Below are positions 10,437 through 20,822 of a DNA stretch of 64,000 bases, piece after piece (positions within the stretch are counted from its first letter, which is position 1; each line of letters opens with the position of its first letter). Location of the stretch: NCBI GenBank assembly GCA_028286585.1, contig JAQBRI010000006.1, positions 16,558-80,557 on the forward strand, given 5' to 3'. Below the pieces are notes generated by a model. It saw only the letters and a program-made list of their open reading frames with translations. It was not told the DNA's origin and did no database searches. This DNA comes from Candidatus Kaiserbacteria bacterium. GTDB lineage: Bacteria; Patescibacteriota; Minisyncoccia; Phycocordibacterales; UBA2100. The translations under genes were made by a program, and so were the position numbers.

Positions 10437-11006
10437 CTAGTAGAGAGAATCTATATGCTCACAAATAAGGTGGATTAAAAAGAGATGAATCTCTTGGATG
10501 CGTGCGGTATTATCGCTTGGCGCGATATATTCGACGTCGCATGTACCACGTAGTGCTCCTCCGTTTTTTCCCAGGAGCGCACAGGTTCGTATTTTTTGTT
10601 TCTTTGCTAGCGCAATTAGACCCAAGAGATTTTGTGAGTTACCGCTCGTGGACAATAGGACCAATATATCTCCTGGCTGCCCAAGTGCTGCAAGCTGCCT
10701 TTCAAAGACTTTTTCATAGCCATAATCATTGCCTATTGCAGTCAAAATAGAGGTATCAGTGGTAAAAGCGATTGAAGGAAGCGCAATTCTCTCTTTCTTA
10801 TAGCGTCCAACCAGTTCGGCAGAAAAGTGCTGTGCCTCGGCGGCACTTCCTCCATTACCAGCTATCAATATCTTTTTCTTTGTTTTAAGCGCCTTTTCGA
10901 AAAGACGGAGAATTTTTTCGATATTCTGCTGGTCCGACTCACCAACCAGTTCGGTTACTGTCCGCAACTGCTGTAATTCCGACTTGATTAATTGGGCTAT
11001 TTTCAT
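10437..11006 (-). CDS. gmhA: Sedoheptulose-7-phosphate isomerase
   Basis: GNGGSAAEAQH, AIGNDYG, STSGNS, RIQEIH. Confidence 0.95.
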   Translation of the reverse strand: MKIAQLIKSELQQLRTVTELVGESDQQNIEKILRLFEKALKTKKKILIAGNGGSAAEAQHFSAELVGRYKKERIALPSIAFTTDTSILTAIGNDYGYEKVFERQLAALGQPGDILVLLSTSGNSQNLLGLIALAKKQKIRTCALLGKNGGALRGTCDVEYIAPSDNTARIQEIHLFLIHLICEHIDSLY

Positions 11007-11026
11007 TGCTCGTAATGTATCACATT

Positions 11027-12139
11027 TCAGTCAATAATTCTCTCTTTAAAAGCTTGTAAGACTCTAGGTAGGTCATACGCGGATACGCCTTCAAATAATG
11101 CTCTTCCGAGTATGTTTCTCTCATTTTCATTGGATAATAGGAAAAGAATGTGGTTTATAAATACAGCTATGTTTTTTGCAGGTGCTACATATCGACTGAA
11201 CGGGGCGGGAAACATATCAATAGTACCTCCGACATCGAAGGCAACAGTGGCAATCCCCGCGGACATGCTCTCTAGAAGTGCGTGCGCCATTCCCTCTTCC
11301 TCACTCGGTAAAATAAATATGTCAGACGCCTTAAACAAATCTGGCATCCTTTCGTTTACGACTCGACCAAGCATGCGAAACTTATTTTCCAATCTTCTTT
11401 CCTGAATTTCTTTTATTAGCGTTGCTTCATACGGTCCGTCGCCTGTCACGATCAATACAACATCCTCCAGCATCGCCTCCATAATCTGTGGCAAATAATG
11501 TGCACCTTTCCTTTCGCTCAAGCGCTGTACAAAAAAAAGGACTTTGCTTTCTGGCAATATATTTAATTGCGCACGCACACTATTTCTATCAGCTTCGTGA
11601 TATTTTTTTGCAAATAGTGGTACATCAATCCAGTTTGGCACAATTACAACTTTTGAAGCATTGAACTTGTAATACTCCGCATACTGATTAATTAAAACAT
11701 GTGCGCCGGTTACCAAATGATCAATTCTCTTGTACACTAGTCTTTCGTACATTTCTTGGAATACGGGCCGTTTATATTCCCAAGGCATTCCACAGTTCCA
11801 GTAATATACGACAGAGCCGGGAATTAGTGTGGCCAAAAATGCGGCAATAAATGAATAATGTACATACACTTTTTTATATCCATATATTCGCGCATTAGTG
11901 AGATGGAGAAATGTTTTTATTATTCGCAGTATGGTGTACCTGCTGTCAATCAGAGCAACGTGTGCTGTTGTTTGCATTAACGTCTGCGGCTTCTTACCTT
12001 TTTCAATAATTACGTAGAGATCTACAGTTTGCGAAAGATGCGCCAAAAATTCCACATTGTATTTCATGTGCGTATTGGTGGTTGCCTCGGGCAATACGTA
12101 ACACAGCTTCTTCTTTGGCTCTTTTATGGTTATGGACAT
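11027..12139 (-). CDS. GT4 glycosyltransferase
   Basis: RLSERKG, GDGP, FILPSEEEGM...LESM (EX7E). Confidence 0.9.
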   Translation of the reverse strand: MSITIKEPKKKLCYVLPEATTNTHMKYNVEFLAHLSQTVDLYVIIEKGKKPQTLMQTTAHVALIDSRYTILRIIKTFLHLTNARIYGYKKVYVHYSFIAAFLATLIPGSVVYYWNCGMPWEYKRPVFQEMYERLVYKRIDHLVTGAHVLINQYAEYYKFNASKVVIVPNWIDVPLFAKKYHEADRNSVRAQLNILPESKVLFFVQRLSERKGAHYLPQIMEAMLEDVVLIVTGDGPYEATLIKEIQERRLENKFRMLGRVVNERMPDLFKASDIFILPSEEEGMAHALLESMSAGIATVAFDVGGTIDMFPAPFSRYVAPAKNIAVFINHILFLLSNENERNILGRALFEGVSAYDLPRVLQAFKERIID

Positions 12140-12145
12140 ACTATT

Positions 12146-12799
12146 CTATTGATCCAACTCTAGCATGTGACCATCCGATTTAAGTATGAGCATATCGCCA
12201 AAAGGAACGTCGCCCCCAACGGTCACGCCTCGATTTTCGACCTCTCCAGTAAGCTGTAACGCCCGCATAATTCCTGAGTGCGAAACGATCAATATATTTT
12301 TGCCTTGATATTCGCCTGCAATTCTCGTGAGTGCTGCCTTAAATCTCAGGGCTCCTTTTTTAAAAGATTCTGCACTCCCAAATATTGGATGCTGGCCCGG
12401 AAATGCGAAATCAAAATTATTGTTATCTTGCGGATGTGCTGCGAAATATTCTTTTTTTTGTTGTGCAACTTCGGTGACTGGCATACCCTCATGTATACCG
12501 TAATTAATTTCTATAAGATCGGGGTCAACAATAGGGATAAGATGCGACTGCTCCGCACCTTCAAGAAAGGCCTGAGCAGAATCATGAGAGCGTGCCAACG
12601 GTGAAACAAAAACAGCATCAAATGCAATATTCTTGTAATTCTTCCCTGTCTCTATCATGCTTTTTTTTCCATTCTCAGTTAAAGGTGTGTCCAAGCGCCC
12701 CGATACCAATGGCCCGCCGTTTGCCAAGTCGTTTGTCTTTGCAGCAGTTTCGCCGTGACGAACAAGGAATAACTTTGCAAATTCCACTTCGTCTTTCAT
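12146..12799 (-). CDS. Histidine phosphatase family protein
   Basis: LVRHGET, SPLAR, EINYG, VSHSG. Confidence 0.9.
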   Translation of the reverse strand: MKDEVEFAKLFLVRHGETAAKTNDLANGGPLVSGRLDTPLTENGKKSMIETGKNYKNIAFDAVFVSPLARSHDSAQAFLEGAEQSHLIPIVDPDLIEINYGIHEGMPVTEVAQQKKEYFAAHPQDNNNFDFAFPGQHPIFGSAESFKKGALRFKAALTRIAGEYQGKNILIVSHSGIMRALQLTGEVENRGVTVGGDVPFGDMLILKSDGHMLELDQ

Positions 12800-12806
12800 A
12801 ATTACA

Positions 12807-13409
12807 CTATTCCAAAAATCGCGATATTACAAATCCTTCTGCAAACGTCGATCGTGCCTGATACCCGCGAAATGTATTCATACCTAATATTGCATCGATT
12901 TTGAGAATTTCCTTTTCACCCTGACTTGCGTGTGCTCGTATGGATTCCGCTTTCTTTTCGGTGTGACCTTCGATATTTATCCAATAATTTACATGAAAGT
13001 CCGACATGGTGCTTGGTCCTTCGTACATAAGAATTTGACGAACGTTTCTGCATGCCGATAGTGCTACCGCACTCGTAGTTCGATGGTCTTGATGAATTTC
13101 ATGATGGTACGGAATATAGACCCGATCAGGCGAAGCTAACAAAATAATTTTTTCAACTTGATCGATAACCGATTTATCGCCCGGGAGCGAAGCATCTTTA
13201 TATCCGAGCAGGTGTACCTCCTTTACATTGAGAATCTTTGCCGCGTTTCTTGCCTCAGATTCACGTACTTCACTAGAAACGCCACCAGAGCTGCCGTCAG
13301 TCATGATTATGAACGTAACAGTATCTCCTTGAGACACATGCTTTGCAATTGCACCGCCGCAGCCTATTTCGATATCGTCTGGGTGTGCTCCTATGGCTAC
13401 TATATTCAT
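12807..13409 (-). CDS. PIG-L/LmbE family deacetylase
   Basis: GAHPDDIE, RESEA, HQDH, HASQ. Confidence 0.92.
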   Translation of the reverse strand: MNIVAIGAHPDDIEIGCGGAIAKHVSQGDTVTFIIMTDGSSGGVSSEVRESEARNAAKILNVKEVHLLGYKDASLPGDKSVIDQVEKIILLASPDRVYIPYHHEIHQDHRTTSAVALSACRNVRQILMYEGPSTMSDFHVNYWINIEGHTEKKAESIRAHASQGEKEILKIDAILGMNTFRGYQARSTFAEGFVISRFLE

Positions 13410-13416
13410 ATATGTA

Positions 13417-14376
13417 TTATATTATTGTATCCTCAAAATACCTACTCACGGTTAATTCTTTCCATTGCACCGAAGTCTTTTTTGCCCCTAATTCATCGAG
13501 TAAAACCTTGATTGGGTTTGCCCCAGCGAGTGCCGTTATTGTGACACCACCAGAAAGGCGAGGGTTTATTTCTACCATTTTTGGTATTCCGTACTGATTC
13601 TCTTTCCACTGAATAAAGACGGGGCCAAAACAATCAAGCTTGCTCAGTACCTGTTTTGTCATCTCAATAATATCCTCCCTCTTTTCTGTTTTTCCGACCA
13701 GTGAAATGCCGCCAGAAAGTGACACTCTCACTCGTGGTACAACATATGCAAAAGTCCCGTCAGCACGAATATATGCATCAACAGTCCACTCTTTCCCCGG
13801 CAACACTTCCATTGCTATGGTTTTGGTCGTATCGATATTTTTCATCATCCAAAGTAATTCGACTCTTGATACCAATCGACACCCTCTGCTTCCCCTCCCT
13901 GTAATTGGCTTTATGAAATATTCCTCTGCCTTCCATTCTAGTTTTTTATTCAGAACTTGATGTGGTCCAATATAGTCAGGAAATTGACTTGTCATCCAAT
14001 CATACAGTTCATTTTTTTTGTCACAGAGCAATAAACTTCTTTTATTAGATACCACAAAAAGTACTTCTTCATTCTTTATTTTGTTTTCTACATCTTCGAT
14101 GAGTACGAGCTCTTCTGCAACAGTGGGTAGAACAATATCGATCTTATTTTTTGTAATGTAACTGCTCATCCATTTTATATATTCTTGCCTACTCGATACA
14201 CTCTCGCATACGTCAAAGTGCTTTGAAAATTTCTTTCCAACAGAGAGCGGATTAATATCGACACCAAAAACTTCAAAATCCTTTTTATACTTTTGCAGTA
14301 ACCGAACCGCATTGATTCCGGCAGGTCCTCCTACTCCCGTTACGAGAATATTGTATTTTTTATTTTTCGACGGCAT
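13417..14376 (-). CDS. ATP-grasp protein (carbamoyl-phosphate synthase L-chain-like)
   Basis: ILVTGVGG, CDKK, FIKP..GRGSRG, EWTVD, EINPRLSGG. Confidence 0.85.
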   Translation of the reverse strand: MPSKNKKYNILVTGVGGPAGINAVRLLQKYKKDFEVFGVDINPLSVGKKFSKHFDVCESVSSRQEYIKWMSSYITKNKIDIVLPTVAEELVLIEDVENKIKNEEVLFVVSNKRSLLLCDKKNELYDWMTSQFPDYIGPHQVLNKKLEWKAEEYFIKPITGRGSRGCRLVSRVELLWMMKNIDTTKTIAMEVLPGKEWTVDAYIRADGTFAYVVPRVRVSLSGGISLVGKTEKREDIIEMTKQVLSKLDCFGPVFIQWKENQYGIPKMVEINPRLSGGVTITALAGANPIKVLLDELGAKKTSVQWKELTVSRYFEDTII

Positions 14377-15481
14377 GTTCTAGGAATTTTTCTATTTCTA
14401 ATTGCATTGTTGTGGAAGTCCATTTACTGCCAAGCCGGCTACCATTTGCGCAGAGCATACCATAAAACTCCTTATTTACAATCATTTTTTCCAAAGCAGC
14501 AACATACTCATCAGAGCGTGAACCCTGTATTACAACTCCATTTAGATCATTGATTATAACCTCTCCAGCGCATCCGGTATCGGTTGTAAGAACTGGCAAA
14601 CCACAGCACGACGCTTCAACCATCGGCAAACCCCATCCTTCCCAGAAAGCCGTGTGAATCAATGCGAACCCATTTTTATAGTACTGCGCGACAGCATGGG
14701 TATCGAGGAATCCTGGCATTTCGAGTCTGTTAGTCAGGCCCGCATCTGTGAATTTTTTGACAATTGCACTTTTCAGCTTTCCTTCTCCAATAAAGACAGC
14801 CGTAAAGTCTGGATATTTCTGAAGAATTGGAATCATTATTTCGCAACAAAAAAGCGGCTGTTTTTCTTCGATAAGGCGTCCGCAGAAAATGAGATTATGA
14901 TTGCGCACATGGCCGTTGTCGACGCCCTGCGGATTAAATTCATCTCCATTAACGCCGATTGGAAGCGAGACGACTCTGTTTGAATCTTTCCCCAATGTTT
15001 CAATGACATATGTGGCAATTCTGCTGCTGACGCACCGTACATAATCCGATTTCTTAATCAAAAATTTACCGCTAATGTTTAAGAAGCGATTTTCAAATCG
15101 TTGATTGATCCATAAAGGATTGTCCAAATAGTCACCATGTAATTGAGTAATCAATATTGTTTTACAAAACCTTGAGAGCAGATACCCCGCAATTCCACAA
15201 TACAATACATCTTGAGTATAGATAATGTCATACGTATTTTTTCTTATATCTCGAAGCAGAATAAAAAAACTTTTTACAAACGAAACAATCCGGTTTGTAG
15301 CTCCATAGGAGACAATGTGTACATGCCCACTCTGAAATGTAGACGCACTATTAGAGCCAAGGACGACTATTTTTACATATTCAAAATTCTTAAAGTTATC
15401 TATTTGTCGCCGGCTTGAGACTGATCCTTCATGTAGAATCAACTTGTCTGTACCCAATACCAGTACCCGTAGACTGTTCAT
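14360..15481 (-). CDS. GT4 glycosyltransferase
   Basis: GRLIEEK, EGWGLPMVEA, TDTG. Confidence 0.9.
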   Translation of the reverse strand: MNSLRVLVLGTDKLILHEGSVSSRRQIDNFKNFEYVKIVVLGSNSASTFQSGHVHIVSYGATNRIVSFVKSFFILLRDIRKNTYDIIYTQDVLYCGIAGYLLSRFCKTILITQLHGDYLDNPLWINQRFENRFLNISGKFLIKKSDYVRCVSSRIATYVIETLGKDSNRVVSLPIGVNGDEFNPQGVDNGHVRNHNLIFCGRLIEEKQPLFCCEIMIPILQKYPDFTAVFIGEGKLKSAIVKKFTDAGLTNRLEMPGFLDTHAVAQYYKNGFALIHTAFWEGWGLPMVEASCCGLPVLTTDTGCAGEVIINDLNGVVIQGSRSDEYVAALEKMIVNKEFYGMLCANGSRLGSKWTSTTMQLEIEKFLEHAVEK

Positions 15482-15515
15482 ACGGCCACTATATCACACT
15501 GGTATCTGAACAATT

Positions 15516-16409
15516 TTAAGATTCCTGAGTAATAGAACCGATGACTCCTTCGAGAAGCTCCTTATCTTTGCCTGATGTAATGAGATAATCATTATTTTTT
15601 TCTCGAATTGAAAATAGTGCCTCATATCCTTTTATATCAGTCGGTAGATTTTTTTTATACATCTCAAGCAGGGCCTCAAAGTCCTTTATAAAACAATGAC
15701 CTCCAGCGCCACGCCCAACCGCGGTCTCATCATGTCCCGAAGCATGAACTACCGTTGTATGACTCTCCCCAATTCGCGGGTCACGCGTCACAGCTTCAGT
15801 AATAGACGCCACATCCAGATTCATGGAAACCGCAAGATCATACATTTGATTGAAGAAAACGACTTTTTCGTACAAAAAGCAGTTGCCGATGTATTTAACT
15901 AATTCAGCCTCACGAGCTTGCATGATTTTGTTGTATGGAGCGGTCGCGAGCGTACTCAAGACCAACTCTGCTTTCTCATGATTGATCGCGGTATCTTCTG
16001 GAATTCCTATAATATTCCTTTGAGGGTGCGAGGCATCGTATGCAGCGAGAGTTTCTCGCAAAAATTCTGGTGAATGAAAAACGAATATTTCTTGATTTTT
16101 TTCTTGCAGGCTGTTCGTGGTGCCGGGAAGAATGGTGGACTTAATAACGGCAATATTACCCTTTCCCACCAACAACAAACAGCTCTCGACAATCGAGGAG
16201 TCAAAACCATTCTGTGTTGTCGGTGTAGGAACACAAATAAAGACAATTTCACAATCCTTAATGAGATCCTTATTAGTACGATATTGTTCATCCAATGAAT
16301 ATCGTATTACCGAATACCCTCTTGCTTCAAAATCATTTGCATAGTTATTTCCTACCCACCCTTGTCCGATAAATCCGATCAGCGGGGTTTTATTTGTTTT
16401 TTCTATCAT
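15516..16409 (-). CDS. UDP-glucose/GDP-mannose dehydrogenase family protein, short form
   Basis: GQGWVG, CVPTP, KSTILPGT, PEFLRE, AELVK, GGHCFIKD. Confidence 0.85.
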   Translation of the reverse strand: MIEKTNKTPLIGFIGQGWVGNNYANDFEARGYSVIRYSLDEQYRTNKDLIKDCEIVFICVPTPTTQNGFDSSIVESCLLLVGKGNIAVIKSTILPGTTNSLQEKNQEIFVFHSPEFLRETLAAYDASHPQRNIIGIPEDTAINHEKAELVLSTLATAPYNKIMQAREAELVKYIGNCFLYEKVVFFNQMYDLAVSMNLDVASITEAVTRDPRIGESHTTVVHASGHDETAVGRGAGGHCFIKDFEALLEMYKKNLPTDIKGYEALFSIREKNNDYLITSGKDKELLEGVIGSITQES

Positions 16410-16457
16410 CGAGTCATTTTCTCACAAATTATTTATTATCCAAATACCGCCCTAAAA

Positions 16458-17450
16458 TCAGGAAATAACTTTTATAAAGTCACGTGCTACTGCGTCATAG
16501 GTGCGTACCGTGCTCCATTTCGAAACCTTTTCGCATTCCTGTTCATACACCCGCGGATCAAGCAATGATTTTATCGCGACCACAAGCTCATCTTCATTCA
16601 ACGGATCAACGAGCAGGCCGTAGGGCTGCAGCTCTTCCTCAAGTCCGCAATATTTTGTCATGATAAAAGGCTTATGACATCGGGCTGCATCAAGGATAAA
16701 GTTTGGACTAATTTCAGTAATGGATGGTAATAATACCGCGTAACAATATTTCATCCGTTCAAGTAGTTCCTTATGAGAATAAATTCCGTCATCAAGAATT
16801 ATGTCGGGAAATTTTGCTTGAACTCGTGCAAATGCACTACGCACGATCGTGAGGTTTTTGAACACAAGCGAGCGCACATTCCACATAAAAATCTTCTCAT
16901 GCGGCGGCTCGCCCGGGGTCAATTCTTCAATGGCATTTCCAATGATATGCGTATGCTCTTTTGCGATTCTATATTCGGCACACCACAGATCCTGTTGTAG
17001 CTTTGTGCTAAAAATCATACGTGCGCGCCGCACTACATACCCTGTGAGTGCATATATCATTCGCTCCTTACGCGTAAATGGCTGGTGGTGCGAGTAAAAG
17101 CCGGACAAAGGTAACAGATCATGACTGCGCTCGAGATATGCCTCCCATAAAAAATCTCCGCCCGTGCGGATATATACCTGTGTCTTAAAAAAACCTGCGA
17201 GAAACACTAGCGGCAGCGCCACGCTAAACGTATCAAGTGCGATTACTGTCTTATAACGCATAAGGTACGATATGAGTCGGATACCAAACGCTATATGACG
17301 AATGCCGATTGGAAGTTTTTTGAGCCTGCCGTACGTGACCACTTCAACAGTGTGCCCTGCACGCCTGAGCGAAAACTGCAGCTCTTGTGCATAGCGCGAT
17401 GGTCCGCCAATTTCTGGCGGAAATATGCCTGTTGCTATGAGAATTTCCAT
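16458..17450 (-). CDS. GT4-like glycosyltransferase
   Basis: TGIFPPEIGGP N-terminus; LPSITEISPN. Confidence 0.8.
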   Translation of the reverse strand: MEILIATGIFPPEIGGPSRYAQELQFSLRRAGHTVEVVTYGRLKKLPIGIRHIAFGIRLISYLMRYKTVIALDTFSVALPLVFLAGFFKTQVYIRTGGDFLWEAYLERSHDLLPLSGFYSHHQPFTRKERMIYALTGYVVRRARMIFSTKLQQDLWCAEYRIAKEHTHIIGNAIEELTPGEPPHEKIFMWNVRSLVFKNLTIVRSAFARVQAKFPDIILDDGIYSHKELLERMKYCYAVLLPSITEISPNFILDAARCHKPFIMTKYCGLEEELQPYGLLVDPLNEDELVVAIKSLLDPRVYEQECEKVSKWSTVRTYDAVARDFIKVIS

Positions 17451-17459
17451 ATCACAATT

Positions 17460-18668
17460 CTACCTGTCGTTTAACAGTTTGCCGAATACCCTTTCACGCA
17501 TGGCCTGTGCGATGAGATTCCAGTCGTATTTTTCAATGACCATTCTTTTGGCGGTAGCACATACTTCATGAACTTTCTCGGGGCGTTGCATGATATCTTT
17601 GATTGCTTCGGCTATTTGATTTGGTGAATCTTTGTCTACCGCCCAACCTGTTGTCGGCATATTTGGATTGCGTTTCTCATCAAAAAGAAAGTCAGAGATG
17701 CCTCCTTCTTGCGTAGCGATAACAGGTAGGCCCGCGGCCATCGCCTCGACAAATGAGTTGCCCATTCCCTCGGAACGCGAAGGACGAATGAAAATATCAC
17801 AGGCCTGTAGCATCAAGGGCATTTCCGTATGTCCGAGATTTCCCAACAGATGCACACGGTTTTCTAACCCAAGTTTTGTAATGAGAATTTTTAACATATC
17901 TTCATCCGGCCCGGAGCCATATATAGCAAAGTGAACATTCTCCGGTAAAAGTGCCATCGCTCGTATCACATCATCTACTGCGTTTTTTGTAACAAGTCGC
18001 GATGTAGTAATCAAAAAAACATCACCTGTCTTCTTTCCCATTTTTTCTCGTGCAGCATTAAGTTCTGTTTCAGAATATTCCTGAGAAAAATGCTTCACAT
18101 TCACTGCGTTTGGAATTACTTCTATTGGGCCTTTGAAACCGCGTGCCCGTGCCCATTTTGCGAGAAATGTCGAAAGAGGCTGAATGATATCCGCCTTGGT
18201 GAATGCCCGCGTAAAGAGCGGCCAGACTGGGATCATCTTATGTTCGATATATGCAATTGGATCACCTTCCTGAAGATTTAAAACATATCCGACCTCCGGA
18301 TGCGCCATCTTAAAAAGTGCAGCGGGCACACCGGTTGCATGCGCCATCACTGCCCATATAGCGTCGAATGTATGCTCACGATGCAGACGTAGCGCGCACC
18401 ATGCAGTCAAAAACTGATAGAGTGGTTTGTTTATGGCAAGAGGAAATTTTTTCAAATCTGCCATCGACGGATTTTTGCTTGTAATACCAATTCTATGCAC
18501 GTATACATTTCCTATTTTTTCTTCTCTGGGCAATGACGAATCAAAACGGTTGCAAATCAGATGGAATTCTATATCGTCGATTCTATCGGTAATTTCCTTT
18601 ATTGAAACTTCAGCACCTCCCACGTGTTTGGGAAGGTACGCGAGACTAAAAATGAGTACTTTTTTCAT
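17460..18668 (-). CDS. GT4 glycosyltransferase
   Basis: GGAE, SRLVTKN, PSRSEGMGNSFVEAMA. Confidence 0.92.
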   Translation of the reverse strand: MKKVLIFSLAYLPKHVGGAEVSIKEITDRIDDIEFHLICNRFDSSLPREEKIGNVYVHRIGITSKNPSMADLKKFPLAINKPLYQFLTAWCALRLHREHTFDAIWAVMAHATGVPAALFKMAHPEVGYVLNLQEGDPIAYIEHKMIPVWPLFTRAFTKADIIQPLSTFLAKWARARGFKGPIEVIPNAVNVKHFSQEYSETELNAAREKMGKKTGDVFLITTSRLVTKNAVDDVIRAMALLPENVHFAIYGSGPDEDMLKILITKLGLENRVHLLGNLGHTEMPLMLQACDIFIRPSRSEGMGNSFVEAMAAGLPVIATQEGGISDFLFDEKRNPNMPTTGWAVDKDSPNQIAEAIKDIMQRPEKVHEVCATAKRMVIEKYDWNLIAQAMRERVFGKLLNDR

Positions 18669-19525
18669 GAGTGAATCTTGGTGATTTCATGCACATATTC
18701 CTCGAGGGTTTTTTCTGGACTCCAACCCAGCGCATATGATTTAGTTGCGTCCAGAATGGATGTCAGGCGATTGCCTTGTCGTTCAGGCAGCATTTCAATT
18801 GGCAGGTTAAAAAGTTTTGCGATTTCAAGAATAGAGTACGATCTTTCGGCTCCAAGGCCAAACTCGTCACCTTCTCCTTTTTCACCAACTAACAATAATC
18901 CTCTTACAATATCATCAACATGCGTAAAGATGCGCTCTTGGGTTCCCGGTGCCGTAACGGTAAGTCGCTCACCTTTGAGGAATTTTTGCTTGAATATTTC
19001 GATGACGGTTCCGTATGCATTACTTCGTTCTCCCGGACCATATACATTATAAAAATAGGTAATCGCGTACCTGAGTCCAAACCATTGTCCGTAATTGCGC
19101 ACCAAATCTGTATTACTTGCCTTGCTCCAGGCATAGGGACTTTGATCGCGGCCCATTCCACCATCGGCAAATTTAGTCGATGATCCGGCATAAATCAGTT
19201 TGCATTGGGAGGCACGCCAAAACTCCAGCACACCAAGCGTACCCGCAATGTTAAAATCCCATACTAGAGCTGGCTCGGTAAAACTAATTTCAACACGTGA
19301 ATATTCCCCAAGATGATAGATACAACCCACTGCATCGGTAATATGGCGTGCAATGTCCTTGGTATGGCCTTCGATATATTCAACTCCTTCGATGTGGTTG
19401 TCCCTAGAGCCTGTAAAGTAATTATCGAGTGAAATAACACGATTACCCCTTTCTAAGAGCGCCTTGCAAAGATGAGTGCCGACAAAACCTGCCCCTCCGG
19501 TCACCAGCACTGTTTTTTGGTTCAT
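18665..19525 (-). CDS. NAD-dependent epimerase/dehydratase
   Basis: TGGAGFVG, YxxxK (YAWSK), FYNVYGP. Confidence 0.9.
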   Translation of the reverse strand: MNQKTVLVTGGAGFVGTHLCKALLERGNRVISLDNYFTGSRDNHIEGVEYIEGHTKDIARHITDAVGCIYHLGEYSRVEISFTEPALVWDFNIAGTLGVLEFWRASQCKLIYAGSSTKFADGGMGRDQSPYAWSKASNTDLVRNYGQWFGLRYAITYFYNVYGPGERSNAYGTVIEIFKQKFLKGERLTVTAPGTQERIFTHVDDIVRGLLLVGEKGEGDEFGLGAERSYSILEIAKLFNLPIEMLPERQGNRLTSILDATKSYALGWSPEKTLEEYVHEITKIHS

Positions 19526-19561
19526 ACGACAAGAATACCTTGTATTAACCGTGGCTACAAA

Positions 19562-20455
19562 TTAGATGCTATTGCCTATCGAAAGCGAAAGCGCAAAAGC
19601 CAAAACAGTTACGAGTGAAAATAAAAACACCGACCTTCCCCATTTTTTATCATCTGTCGCATTAAATCCCCGAACAGCAAGCAGGAGCCATAGTACAGAC
19701 ACAAGACCCATGATGACTGCATAGATTTTGCCTTCGTATCCTGAGAGAAATAACCATTCTGAAAATACTCCAAACAGCACAATATAGGCAAGCGTGTGCA
19801 TTTTCGTTGTACGAACCCCATACACCACCGGCAAGACCGGGATGCCCGCATTTTTGTAATCGTCAAATCGATACAATGCTATTCCATATGAATGCGGCAT
19901 CTGCCAAACGACGAGTACTAAAAAAAGAAGTATCGCACCCAAATCAATATGATTTGTGACAGCAAGATATCCCACGACGGGCGGCACAGCTCCTGCAATA
20001 GCCCCGATAAGCGTTCCGTAGACACTCTTTCTTTTACCCCATAAGCTATACACCACTACATAAAAGAAAAGACCTACAAGCGCAACAAAAGTTGTGAGAA
20101 TATTTGTAAATACGAAAAGCACGAATACTCCCACAATTCCAAGAGCCAGTGCGTACAAAAAAATATTTCTCTTGGATATAACACCGCGCACCAGCACACG
20201 CTCTTTTGTGCGCTCCATCCGTGCATCAATATCGCGATCTATATAATTATTTATCACACATCCGCAGGCAATAATAAGTGATATTCCGACTAGAACGATA
20301 AGTAACAAAGTAATATCAAGATGGCCGCGGGTAGCCAAAAAATATCCCCCAATAACATTGATCGCATTACCGTAGATAATGCCCGGTTTTATAACAGAAT
20401 AGTATGCTTTTACTTGAGAGTCGCGAGGCATGATATTAGAGGGCATTTTGGACAT
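19562..20455 (-). CDS. cyoE: Heme o synthase (protoheme IX farnesyltransferase)
   Basis: NNYIDRDIDARMERT, GAVPPVVG, WQMPH; last gene of the cyo operon. Confidence 0.95.
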   Translation of the reverse strand: MSKMPSNIMPRDSQVKAYYSVIKPGIIYGNAINVIGGYFLATRGHLDITLLLIVLVGISLIIACGCVINNYIDRDIDARMERTKERVLVRGVISKRNIFLYALALGIVGVFVLFVFTNILTTFVALVGLFFYVVVYSLWGKRKSVYGTLIGAIAGAVPPVVGYLAVTNHIDLGAILLFLVLVVWQMPHSYGIALYRFDDYKNAGIPVLPVVYGVRTTKMHTLAYIVLFGVFSEWLFLSGYEGKIYAVIMGLVSVLWLLLAVRGFNATDDKKWGRSVFLFSLVTVLAFALSLSIGNSI

Positions 20456-20813
20456 TTACCGTGCCGTCTCCCTGCATTGGTACCATGGTACGGCCTGTAA
20501 GATTGTTCATGACCCACAATGATCCAACAAGTAAAATCAGAATGATAACAATAGTAAAAATGAACGCGATAATATTCCAGCGCGCGTGCGATTTTGCGCT
20601 GAGATGTAAGAAACAAATCAGTTGCACAATCTGCTGAGTTACCGCGATCAAAATGATCACACCAGCTGCAACAGCATTTGAAAACATGTGATTAACCACA
20701 ATCATGTACGCTCCCAAGGTGAGTATAATCGACAATACAAAGCCGACTATGTAGCTCGAAAGCGTGCCGTGCGCTGCACCATATTCTGTATCCAATGTAT
20801 TAAAGTTTTCCAT
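20436..20813 (-). CDS. cyoD: Cytochrome bo3 ubiquinol oxidase subunit IV
   Basis: YIVGFVLSIILT, VQLICFLHL, GSLWVM. Confidence 0.95.
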   Translation of the reverse strand: MENFNTLDTEYGAAHGTLSSYIVGFVLSIILTLGAYMIVVNHMFSNAVAAGVIILIAVTQQIVQLICFLHLSAKSHARWNIIAFIFTIVIILILLVGSLWVMNNLTGRTMVPMQGDGTVNVQNAL

Positions 20814-20822
20814 AGTCCTAGA

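Noticed and set aside
15516-16409. Pseudogene call for the short UDP-glucose dehydrogenase
   Set aside because: Catalytic motifs are intact and no frameshifted remainder follows
18665-19525. Assignment as hldD (ADP-heptose epimerase)
   Set aside because: Only generic extended-SDR motifs are visible; substrate cannot be called
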